Shown here: piece by piece, positions 26,270 to 40,700 of the stretch | Position numbering within the stretch: position 1 is the stretch's first letter | How the letters are laid out: every line of letters begins with the position of its first letter | Assembly (NCBI GenBank): GCA_040954595.2 | Contig: CM082588.2 | Span: 608,613 to 672,612 of the forward strand | Origin: Balanoglossus misakiensis | Lineage: Eukaryota > Animalia > Hemichordata | DNA: 64,000 bases | Direction of reading: 5' to 3' | Notes under the pieces: model-generated | What the model was told of the DNA's origin: nothing | What the model saw: the letters and a program-made list of their open reading frames with translations, nothing else | Databases searched by the model: none | Program-made: the position numbers and the translations under genes

Positions 26270-28052
26270 GACATATCAGAACAGGCACAGTCAGCGTGTA
26301 CTGCAAAGAATCTTTCTGTCAGTGCATTGCACATATGCGATCCGAGTCGCCGAATATGCCTATTTTACTGTGATAAATTACTTTGTTTATATTCTATGGT
26401 GGCCACGAGGTCCCAGACATTGCGATCCATACCTCTCGGATCGGTACTACATCACGGTATGCGTTAATCCTTGTAGACTGGTTATGTGGAAGGTCATCTT
26501 TGGACAAAAGTTGTGAGATCATAGGTCAAATAAGGGACGCCCCGGCACTCAAACTTTGGCATATTGCTTATCCGTTTCGTCTGGTATGTCATGTCCTGTT
26601 AATGTTCATCGTAAAACAAACCCAAAACAGACGTTTAAGGAACTTCATTGAATGAAAAACAGCCGGTGGCAAAATAACCGATGTACAGAAGAAGAAGGCT
26701 CGACTTGGAATGAAAGAAACTCAAGTCCATTAGCATAAATATAATAAACGCAACACTTAAATGTGCTCCAGCTAGAAAAACAATCGAACATTCGATACCA
26801 ATGAGAATATAAAAATAAACACTAGAATTCCAACTTTAAAAGCATTGCTCATGTGTACTTGACCTGGTCGTGAGGACAGAATGTCGGAAACATTTTTGTG
26901 TTGCTCAGAATTTAAAAATAACTTGCTGTCCAACTAGACTACCTGTTTATGGTATTGCGAACCTGGCCAATAAGGTCACAACTTGTGTGATTTACGATAA
27001 ATATTCGTTTGGCATCATTACAATGTTTATATTAATGAGGGTTACTCTGTTTACGGTACTTCAAGTAATTTCAGAGACCAAAGGATTCCAGAAAAGTCTC
27101 TTGTTACATTCTTTGGATCACTGGCGCTTGTTTTGCAGGGTCTTTGGTGTGTTCATTACTGGGTAAAAGTTGTGACAAAAGTTGGCTCTACTTTTTCCTT
27201 GACGCTATTTTTCTTTCTTTCATTCAGACACCACCGCCCAGAACACTTCAAAACTTTACCCGGGAAAATGTTTGTTTGAACGGAACACGTAGATCGGTTA
27301 AAGAACTGGATAGCGACCAAACACGAATGCTGTATCAGCAGATAATAGTCAATGATGAATATGGATTTCTGTACTGCGCAGTTCCAAAAGTGGCCTGTTC
27401 GAACTGGAAAAGAGTTATCCGGGTTCTTAATGGACAATGGGAAACTCCAGATGCACAGAGGAAAATGTATCACAGATCCGGCTTCAAATTTCTGAGTGAT
27501 TACAAGAAGGAAGAGCGGGAACACAGACTTAAACATTACTACAAATTCATGTTTGTCAGACATCCGTTATACCGCCTTTTGTCTGCATATCGTGACAAAT
27601 TTGGCAGACCAGAAATGGCGTTCGTGGAGAGATTTGGACCTCACATACTAAAGAACTATCGCCAGGGGGTGCCGCTACCTAGCAACTCGTCCGATTTCCG
27701 GATAACCTTCGGAGAGTTTGTGAAATTTCTGCTGGATTCCCCTGTCAATAAAATGGACCAGCATTGGAGACCTATTCACGAAATCTGCCAGCCTTGTGCT
27801 GTTAATTACACGTTTATCGGCAAATTCGAAAACCTTCACAATGATGCAGAACAGATATTCAAAGAGCTTTATGTTCAAGATCTGGTGTCGTTTCCACAGC
27901 GACAAAGTTACTATGACAACACGACAACCACCAGAATCAAAGCGGAAGAATTTCTCACCGTTCCCAAAGAAGATTTTCGACAACTGGTGGCAAAATATTC
28001 CATGGATTTCTCGATGTTTTCATATACCACAGAAAACGTCATCGAGCTGTGA
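21267..28052 (+). CDS. CHST14: Carbohydrate sulfotransferase 14 / dermatan 4-O-sulfotransferase-like (2 exons: 21267-21455, 27228-28052)
   Basis: Exon 1 encodes a basic tail plus TM anchor and ends CAG|GTAATA in phase 0. Exon 2 has FLYCAVPKVACSNWKRV, KMYHRS, YYKFMFVRHPLYRLLSAYRDKFG, HWRP...CQPCAVNY and SFPQRQSYY, which is closest to CHST14 among the HNK-1-family sequences I recall. Confidence 0.85.
21691..22962. mobile_element. Non-autonomous foldback/TIR DNA element with ~384-bp terminal inverted repeats
   Basis: 21691-22074 is the reverse complement of ~22580-22962 with only a few differences. TA/TATA at both junctions; no transposase ORF; a second internal inverted pair at ~22075-22156 and ~22286-22364. 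Confidence 0.9.
26153..26268. repeat. Compound trinucleotide microsatellite (CAC)n(CAT)n(AAC)n(CAT)n
   Basis: Directly visible repeat inside the CHST14 intron. Confidence 0.95.
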
Positions 28053-29928
28053 CAATGTGTTCATTATCCCCCATACGACATAGTTTAAATAAACGATAAA
28101 ATTAGTATTGTTATATTAATTTTTTCTTACATCATGAATGCAAATACCATTCACTGATACTGCATTTTGAGTGTTAAACTTTGAGGCAATGGGTGATTTT
28201 TAAAAGTACAATAAGATGAATATTTACAGCGATGTAAAGCGTATTTATGTACGCATGACCAGACTGCAGAATATATTTGTTTTCGATTCCTGAGGAATCA
28301 TGGGTAAGATATAGACAGCAATAACAATTCCCCTTTTGACATAGTGAGAACCGTTGTCAAATAATTCAAGTTGTCAACTTTCGTTTCAAACTGTATCTTA
28401 TTGTCTTTATAAGATATTGACTAATATTTTGGTTTCATTTGAACCACTCTCGAGTAATAAAGACAGGCAATATCCTGCGCACACTTTTTAAAATTTGTCA
28501 AAACTTTGGATTTTGGCAGCAGAGATATCGACTCATAGTATTATCGACGCTTACATTAGAATTACACGGGTTTGTGAAGGGTATGTAACCCTTACTGAAC
28601 TATAAAATGCTTTAAAGTACATAATGTATGTTCACATTAAGTGCAATTCAGAATCGACATATATATTGATTCAGAGGCTGAATAGAAAGTTTTCTATGTA
28701 CAGCACTGTTTAGAGATTAGACGGGTAACCCAAGTTAAGTCGTATGGGAAGATACGTTGCCATATCTTGGGTCATTTTACAAGTCGTTTCTTTTCTAGAA
28801 ACTTGAGCTGTATCTTTGACATTTTATTTGCATGACATCACCATACAGATTTCTCTGACATTTGTTTAATTATTAGAATGAGCAATATAATCTGGAAATA
28901 TGCTTGTTAACCAGATCGTTCCTGTGTTTTTAAATTGAACATGACGTGACAATTTGATTTTAACAACTTCTGTGGAATCGCGAAAACAGAAACTCGCGTC
29001 GGTATCATACACAAACAATAGCAATACCGTTTATGTGAACAAAGATTTGATATTTCGCTTCAGAAATAACCAATTACCAAAGTTTTCGCTTTACAAATAT
29101 ACATATGTTTTATAATTCTTTTCTCTGTGAGAAACGTGTATTTTAGTCTTTACAGATTGCAGGGTATATTCTTGATATGATTCATTTATTTTGTATTACC
29201 GTGAATTAATCTTAGGTATTAGGTGCATTAATCATGGGTAAATTAAAAGTATTAAGCGTTAATTTGTTTTTAGATGAAATCACCACGAACAACATTCAGG
29301 TATTAGCGGTTCAAAGTCGTTTTTCCATAATGCTTCACTCTGGATTGCCACGCACAAAGGGAGGGTCGTGTATGCATGTGTTTACAAGTCAGACAGAGCA
29401 AAGCATTGTGGTAAATGATTGTCTGTTCGTCTCGGACTAACTAAAACAGTCTGCTGCTTGTAGATAGATAGTGTGATGGTTCGCATGTCAAAATGGCCTT
29501 GAGATGCAATCAGCTTTTTATCAAGAAGCTCAGTTGGATTCTTCTATTTTTGAAGGTAATAAAACTACTCCGATGGAATAAAAATGACAGATGTTTGTTG
29601 TCAGTTCCTTTGAACGCACCTCGAAAATCAAGGTCTAAAACCTTTCTCCTTTTTAGCCCTGTCCTGGTCGGAAATACCCCGGCCAATTACAACTTTAATT
29701 TTAACAACGAGCCAAAAACGAGAGTGATCGCGCGCTGAAAATAACCTCCCTCCATAAATACACAATAGCTCATGGTTTCACTGACCAATGACTTGTATAT
29801 TATGGAAATACAACAACGAATGATTATTTTAACACGCTTCTCTACAAATTAACTACAACAATTCGGGTGACGGGAATGTACTTACATAGAAACTGTGTCC
29901 ACAGTCCGCAACAGAGTAACGTCGAAGC

Positions 29929-30045
29929 ACTTGCTGGCGCTGGACTCGACGATACGGAGATTTCCTTTGGCCGAAACGAAGGTACTTGCTGGCGCTGGAC
30001 TCGACGATACGGAGATTTCCTTTGGCCGAAATGAAGGTACTTGCT
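29929..30045. repeat. 55-bp tandem duplication
   Basis: ACTTGCTGGCGCTGGACTCGACGATACGGAGATTTCCTTTGGCCGAAA(C/T)GAAGGT occurs twice (29929-29983, 29984-30038), followed by a third ACTTGCT. Confidence 0.9.
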
Positions 30046-31038
30046 TGAAGATTAGACACGTAGACGACGAACTGGCCGACTGGCGATGATAACTGGAGCC
30101 AGACACGAACAGAGGCGAAAACACAGGATAAACGGTTAACTACAGGATAACACACATGCACGACTAGAATCTGAAATGGCCCGGTTTTACTGGAGTGAAG
30201 AATCCCCTTCGTCAGTAAGCCTTTACTCGTTTACAGCTGTCACACGCACAACCTCAAAGCTGATTGGTGCACGCGATAGAACGCAGCAGATGAACCACTG
30301 GTAATATGTAAATATATCTGACCCGTCAACTCACTCGGTCAGTCACTCTGCTGATAACTTCGCCTGTCTCACAACACAAAGCCTTGCAAAAAGGCGGTCC
30401 AAACATGTTTCTACCGATCGTCCTGTTGTTCATCCGAAATTAACGATGATTCCAATATTTTTTTGTACAAGAACAAAAGTACGCGGAGTTTAAATAGATG
30501 TCTATTGTTGGTAATAACAATACATGGTTCGTGAGATTAATATGTTTGTACATGTAGTTTGGGCTCACTTGCAATGCAAGGAATGGGACAACTTACAGCT
30601 GGCCGTGAGACAAAGTTGTCAAAAACTTCAGCATTAAGTATGACAGAAAGGAAAATATTAAATGGTTTGTTCTGACCGGGATCTTTCTCTGGCTTTTGAT
30701 ATTTTTCTCTGCAACACAGTGCGCGGTTGTGTTTATGTAGATTCGTATGTTTGAATCAGGTGCCTCTCATAGCGGGCGCATTTTCATCTCCAATGCGCCA
30801 GGAACGATATTATTGAGTCGTTGGAGGCCACAAGCTGGCGCTAGTTACATAAACATTCATTTAGGGAACTGACCAAACGTATCTTATATGCAATTTCAAA
30901 GTAGAGGGTGGCACCCCCGATGTGCGCCATTTTCGGTTGGGAACTGTTTTCGATTCTGCATGTGTTCGGATGCGCATGGCGAGTGTGTAAACTTTCACCA
31001 TTCTTCATCATTATCTCCATCATCATCATCAGGAGAAA

Positions 31039-33031
<1,993 letters not shown>

Positions 33032-34707
33032 CTCATTTGCCACCATGGTTTGGTCCAATGATTGTTTACTATGGTAAAGTTGGACCTAGCTGGAAGCATT
33101 ACCTTGCCAGTGAGGTGAATAGCGCCCTCTCAAGTTAAATGTTTTTTCAACTATTAAAAAATACTGTTATGTTTTATAAGTACATGTAGTGAAAGTTCAC
33201 ATTAACATTTTATTTTATCAATATGGAGTATTTGTTATTGATTTACGAGTATATTAAAGAACAATACAGTCCATAATATTATTAGAACTGAGAGCTGTTC
33301 GTGTGTCTTTATTTATGTACAAAATTAGCTGTGACAGCACACACAGACACAGCAATGAAAGCAGACTCCTTTTTTACAATCAAAGGTATAGGGTCATCTA
33401 ATTTAAGTACTGTTGCCATGGAAATTAAAATAAAGACAATCACAGATTTTCAGTTGCTGGCATCCCCAAAGCATTTAAATCTTATGAAAAAAAATTTGTG
33501 TATTACGGTTTTGAAAGTGTTAGACATTATGAGTAAATGCTGATTTCTGACGTTTTAATACAGTTTAATCATTTGCATATTGTCTAGTCACCAGCAGGTC
33601 AAGGTCACCTTAAGTACACATAAGGAATATCCCATATTTTAAAATTATTTATCATTGGGCCATGTGATACCTTAAGATCTTTTGGTTTTGCTTAATAAGC
33701 TACTGGTTTTACTCTGAAAATGTGAAAGCTTGGACCAAATGTGGTTAATTTGGAAATTATCAATTAAACTATAAATAGCTCACATATGCGAAAATAGACA
33801 TGGTATTTATATGGATCACGTGCTCATGAGTCTCCGCCCGTTGACTGAAAATGTGCTAGAATCATCTTCCAGTTTACATTTTGTAAGACCTTGGCCGAGA
33901 CGCGACTATGGGTCAGAGTGGTACTAGTGGTGACCAGTTCTTGTCACATGACGTCTGAGGAAATCGCCACCGTGTGGGGTGGGGCTGGTGTTCGTCATTT
34001 ACACAGCAATGAAATATTCTGAATGATTGTGTCGAGTAAAATGACGATCGTCTAGCATTTTTCTACTTTTGACGTTTGCGCAGTGCGTAAATATTTCAGC
34101 ATCAATAGTAGACGCAGTGTGTGTCTATTTCGACTTGAAGAGCGTGACGCAAATGCACAGAAGCGCCGACGCGCGCGCGCATGAACAGAAAGTGCGTGGT
34201 CGTGAGTGAAATTGACATACATACTAGCCATGTCGATTTCATATTGTGTACATTTCTATTCGGTCTGAAACTCTACTTTTTTGATCAGTGACAACAAGCG
34301 CAACTGCTCTTACGCACAGACAGATAATCCCACGTCAATGATCTCCCCTGCCCTCACGTAAACCCTATCTCACGGCCCCTCCGTGACCTTTTCCGCCGAT
34401 TCTAACAGACGGCGCGAAAAAGTCTGACGTTAACACCAATTTGGATGTCTGCCAACTTGTTGTCATTCACCGGCATGTGAGCGAATGGATGACGACAACG
34501 TCAGAGACAACGCCCATTTCTTTTCCTTATTTGGTATCTAAACATTACGTTTCATCGATTGAGCACATAAACCGACAGACTAACATAGTACGCATACCAG
34601 AATATCACGACGACTGAATATTGAATAGGAACTGGTTCTGTGTTTTGCATTATTTCCGCCGTTTTACCGAAAAATATTACACCGATTGTCCCGACAGAAG
34701 AGGAAAA

Positions 34708-37700
34708 ATGATGAAAAATCGCTTTGGAAAGGGCGGCAAGCATCGAAGTGAGTAAAATATCACCGATCGTGAAAAAAAATTGATCGTCGACTAGCGACTG
34801 AATGTGCAAATGTTTTGTTTATACCGGCATCATTTGATCATGTGCTTTTTCCGTGACGGTCTGTGTTGTGACTCTATGTCGAACGAAAATGTCGCTTTTC
34901 ATCACGACTAGTTCGGTCCTAGAAGATCACGAATTGTTAAGCATCTGTACAGTTTTGTCACCACTATTAAGATTATTTTAATACTATTATTCCCGACAGT
35001 TAGTTGACTATATTATGATTTCTGAAATGTACATTACTAGGCGTGGGAGGTGCCGGTGAAACTGACACGTTGTAAAACGTCGCCATCGCATGACGATTAT
35101 GCTTTTCTCGATGGCCCATCATGTCTCTTCCATAATTCATCTTGATTGTATATACTATTAATGTTATATATCATGATGTGAACTTTTTCTTTTTGAATAT
35201 TATTTAATTTCTATCGAAACGCGAATCTTTTGATGATCATTGCCGGCGTCCGTCTACGTGTCGGGGCTATATTGACATTCCGGTAGACATGGCAGCCTTG
35301 TCATGCCGGTTCGTTTTTTGTTTCTCAACAAAGGTCCATTCACTCAGAAATGAATAGTGCCCAGTCTGCGTTTGTATTCAGTCGTGATAATGCGTCTGTA
35401 TATGTTTATTTAGAAATCACAATTCATCCCACATTAATTGATGAGGGAGAGAAAGAAAGAGGGGGGGGGGGGAGAGAGAGAATTTTATTGAAGCGCCTCT
35501 CGACGTCAACTCTGGCGACTTCCGTAAAAATAATACTTTTATATATTATTAATATACATGTATCTATTAATTAATAATATGCGATGATTATGTAGCAGTT
35601 TCTACTTCCATGTTACGTTCTGATTTTCTAGTACGTCACACTAATTTTCTACATAACACTGGAGAGCCGGACAAAATTGCGTAACAGGGTTTTGGGAAAT
35701 TTGCCAAAAGTTGCCATTCAGATGGTAATACCAAGTATCCTTGTGCGTATCGAGTATTACTTAGAAACCTTTTATAAGGACAGAGAATAAAGAGTTCTAC
35801 AACTAGGTTATGAGTGTGAATCACTTAATTACATTTGCCATTAGAACGAAATCAACAAAAGTTGACTTTTCTTCATCTTGTCAATTTTGAGAAAATGGAG
35901 ATATTAACCAAATCAGGTACTATTTTAAGCTCTTATAACATGATGAATTCAGTCTGTTTCACGATTCCTGGGCATTCATATAATCTTAGCAACACCAATG
36001 TTTCCGTAGTACTACATGTATAATCATAACATACCAAGGTCATTTGAGGTCAGATCACGCTTATGTCACACATACTAATTTACTTCTTATGCCAAGAAGG
36101 TGTTAATGACATGCATTAAGTTTAGAAGTATAGCTGAGTTCAATTTCTGGAAATGAAATGAAGATTAGGGTATATCGCGCCTGACTTCAAGAAGTTGCTA
36201 AGACACTGTATGTTTGCTAACATTAAAACAGGTGATCCTGGTGAAGCAATCACACGCCCCATTTCAGATTTTATCAGTTTGAAGTTGTTTAAGTTGGGAG
36301 GGTAGTTATTGACACATGTGTAGCCAAGTCATTGTTTAAACACTTCCATAAATGTCAGATATGGAAATGAAATATGACAGGAACCAGGTGATATAAAAGT
36401 GGTGTGACTTCTGTGACTACATTCTATTGTGTTGAATTCTAATCAAACAATTCAAATGATTATATCTGATTGAGAATTTTGTTCTTACTTGCTTTCTTTT
36501 GTAACTGTGAAACAAAAAAGTGAACTGAAGTTAAATTTGAATGGTGTATTTCACCACATTTATGTTACAGAGATTGTATCATTCATATATTGGTGGAATA
36601 GCATTTCCCGCCAGTCAAGGTCACCCTAAATTGACCTCATTTTAAAGACACAAATTTCCTGTTTTCCATGTATTCTAGATTAGGATGAGTAAATTTTTTG
36701 TTACAAAGTTAGTGACGAGGATGTCTTCATTTCCATGGAATAACAGATAATGTTGCGTTTCCCAACTAATACCACATGGCATGGTGGTCGTGGGCTGTGT
36801 CATGTGATGAGAATTAGCCTGGAATGCAGCAAGTGGTATGAACTGTTCACCTTCAGTGTATTAAATGGGCTACCATGGCAACAAGCCAACATCTTTTGCA
36901 ACTATCAAAAGAACATTTTGATCTTGAATTAATAATACATCATAGATTAATAGTCTGTTCCAAGAAATTAAACAAATTCTCAAATATTACTAGGAACTCA
37001 AGAGCATCACTATACACACTACAGACTGTGATCATATGGGTTAATGTATGTAAATGTGTTTCTATCTCAACTCTATTCACACAAAATGAAAGTTCACCAT
37101 GGTTTCATTCTTCCTCTGGTTAAAAATAAAATTGTTAAAAGGATGTGATATACAATGTCTTAGTTATGGTTGCTTTAAAGATCATTATTAATTCATATTT
37201 TGATTCCTCTGGGGGCATAAATAATAATATATCTTCCCATCTGGACTCATTTTTGCCAGACCCATTTCAGACTTCATAATGTAGAGCACAAAATTCACTG
37301 ATGAAAAGAAAGCTCAGAATTGATCAAACAAAGGACTCAACCATCGACCAATTACACAAAAGTTCTGTATTATTGTCACTTGCCAGTGGATTATTCTATG
37401 TATAAAAAACGCGGTAAGAGACCAGGTTTTAATACATTTAATGAAGATCAAAGTTGAGGGACATTGCTGTTTATATTTTTTTGAAATGATAAGATATCAA
37501 CAACATTTATCAAACAAAGTCAGACCACATCCTGTGTGCAGGCAGAGCACGTGGTCGTGAATCAACAGAAGAGTAGGCACAATCAAACTCTCTCAGTAGA
37601 GCACCGCCCATCAGCTCTAAATCTAAATTGGTCTCCTGTATGGCAAGTGTCCTTGAGACAGGCATATCTCCTCTTGAGAGCAAAGGCCTGGGCGATACCA

Positions 37701-40700
37701 CATGGCTATACAACAACTAGCTTTTATAGGGACTCGACAGAACCACACCTAAGTGTCCTTACTGGTAGACCAGCTTTTATAAAACCATATCATCATCCAA
37801 GAATGCAATTTTTCAGTGGTTTTGTACCCCTTTGTTTTAATAAATTTTCTTACAACACTGTTTGATAAAAGCCTGTACGTGTGGATGTCAATGAGCGGAT
37901 TGGTGGGCGTGGTCTGGTTGGAAAGCATGGTTGAACAGAGGCAACAGTTGACTGAATTGTCTCTGCTGTACAGTCAATAAATATATGATGTTAGTGACAA
38001 ATAATATAATCAGTTTTGTTTTGTTTCATTTGATTTTAGAATTAACCGAAGATCCCGCCCAAAGTGTTGAGCCTCTATTAGAGGGTGTTACATTCTATGT
38101 GAAGTATCTTGGCATGTGCCTAGTGGAGAAACCAAATGATGAACAAACAACATCAGATGCTGTGAAGAAGTTAGTTTCTCAGGTTAGTGTCAACAAACAA
38201 ATAAACAATCTCTGAATTGCAGGTGGTCGTTGCTTGATATTCAAATATTTCATGCATTCATTTCACGCAGGCCAAATCACAGAACAAAGGTCAAAAAGTG
38301 TCCTTAACAATTACACCAAAAGGAATTGACCAACTTGACTTAAATACCAAAGAAGATTTGGAAAGTATTTCAATATATCGGTGAGTTCCAATACTCTTTT
38401 GCAATTGTTTCATTTGTGTGGTATTGAAAGTGAATGGGATTCTGATGAAAATTGAGTTTTGTTTGGTTTGTGTGTTTTGTATTTATGGTCACTGCCTTTT
38501 TATACGAATCTCTGTGTACCTGTGTACACAGCCTAAATATTTGACATTGTTCAAATTCTTGTTGGTATTATTCACTCTCTGTATTCTTTTGAAAGTAAAT
38601 GGATGACTGGCAACCATTTCCTGTGAAGTTTCTCAGGTTACAAAGTGATACAAACTGTACTACTTGGGCAAAGAAAAAGAACTTGATCACGTTTGTGGAA
38701 TCACGCTGAGATTTGATAGTTATAGGCAAAATAATGTAATGATTTATTTCATGTTTACTTTTCTTGCAGAATTTCTTATTGTACAGCTGATAAAAATTAT
38801 GATAAAGTTTTTGGCTTTATCGCAAGAAATTTACAAAATGACACATTAGAATGCCATGCATACCTCTGCAACAAAAGGAAAAATGTGAGTATTACTATTA
38901 TTGTCCTTTCCTTATGTTGGGAACTAAATTTGAAGAGATTGTTGCTATCTGGTAGATTAAGACTTACATTTGGTTGTAACAAAAGCATTCAAATTGACAT
39001 ACATATATCTGCCAATAGAGAGTTGTGTTACAAAATGTAATTTGGGAATGTTCTGTGTGTCTCTGATTCTGATAGGCTGAAGAGCTATGTCTGACTGTAG
39101 CTCAAGCGTTCAACTTGGCATTTGAGACAGAGTGCTGGGACAGCAAAGAGAATGAAGAGGAGATTAAAGACGAGATAAAAGACGAGATAAAGGATGAGAT
39201 TAAGGAGGAGATAAGAGATGACTTCTCATCATCGGACAAAGACAGAGAAAGTCCAGAAGATTTTACGTCTTATGAAACAGGTAATTATCAATTTGATGAA
39301 TGGAAGTTGCAGTTTGAAAAAGTAAACAAACATGCTGTGTTGGTTATTGATTAAAAAAACTGACACATGAAAAGACAACTTATGATAAAAATCATGTTGT
39401 ACGTTCTCAAAAAAGGCAAATGGAATTATTCATGCACCGATTTTACTACTGAACCTTGATGGCTGTGTCGTCTCTGACTGTAAAAAATGTTTATAACCAC
39501 GGCGCTATAAAAGCAGCAATTAAAACACTGAAAACATCGACTGATAATAAAATCTTCATGGTGATTTTGATGTACTCTGAATAAATTGAGCTCTTTTGCG
39601 AACATCTTCTTTTGAACAAAGGCAATAGGTTTGTCATGTGTCAGTGTTTTTAATCAATAATGCTTTCATTTCCCTTGCGATAACATCTCATGACTTGGCG
39701 TCCATTTTGCATTTATTTACATGTAAATTATTGAAATAGCTGTTTGCGAGAAATTATATACATTCTACATTGCCCAGCAACGGTATTTGCACTGTGCATG
39801 TATCTACACTTCAGCATGTCCTCTGAGAAATATTAAATTTTGGAGCTAGAATTTGGTGACGCAGTGAAGTTCACGTAAGCCAAATAAAAGCGTAAATATT
39901 TCATCGTTAATTACGTGGGTTCACGGTAATACACATGTCTACACAACTAAAGTTCACCAGGTCTGCACCAGGTGTGGTGCATGTCCGGTGCATGTCTGAC
40001 CAACAGGTCATGTGCAGCAATATGGCCCCAGACCTGCAGCAGTCTGCTGGATCAGACATGCACCAGGTCTGTCCTGTCAGACCTGCCACAGGTCTGTGCT
40101 GTCAGACCTGCACCAGGTCTGTCCTGTCAGACCTGCCACAGGTCTGTGCTGTCAGACCTGCACCAGGTCTGTCCTGTCAGACCTGCACCAGGTCTGTCCT
40201 GTCAGACCTGCACCAGGTCTGTCCTGTCAGACCTGCACCAGGTCTGTCCTGTCAGACCTGCCACAGGTCTGTCCTGTCAGACCTGCACCAGGTCTGTCCT
40301 GTCAGACCTGCACCAGGTCTGTCCTGTCAGACCTGCACCAGGTCTGTCCTGTCAGACCTGCCACAGGTCTGTCCTGTCAGACCTGCACCAGGTCTGTCCT
40401 GTCAGACCTGCACCAGGTCTGTCCTGTCAGACCTGCCACAGGTCTGTCCTGTCAGACCTGCACCAGGTCTGTCCCATCAGACCTGCACCAGGTCTGTCCT
40501 GTCAGACCTGCACCAGGTCTGTCCTGTCAGACCTGCACCAGGTCTGTCCTGTCAGACCTGCCACAGGTCTGTCCTGTCAGACCTGCACCAGGTCTGTCCT
40601 GTCAGACCTGCACCAGGTCTGTCCCATCAGACCTGCAGCAGACCTGTCAGAACAGACCTGCAGCAGGCCTATCCTGTCAGACCTGGTGCAGATCTGGCAG

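Noticed and set aside
25928-26516. Poly-N/Q/H/L/M ORFs
   Set aside because: Translations of a compound microsatellite in the CHST14 intron.
33965-33990. SREBP sterol-response element upstream of LDLRAP1
   Set aside because: GTGGGGTGGG lacks the AT of SRE-1 (GTGGGGTGAT) and fits a generic Sp/KLF CACCC box better.
40051-40625. CRISPR-like array of palindromic repeats
   Set aside because: The units are contiguous with no unique spacers, there are no cas genes, and the context is a eukaryotic intron.
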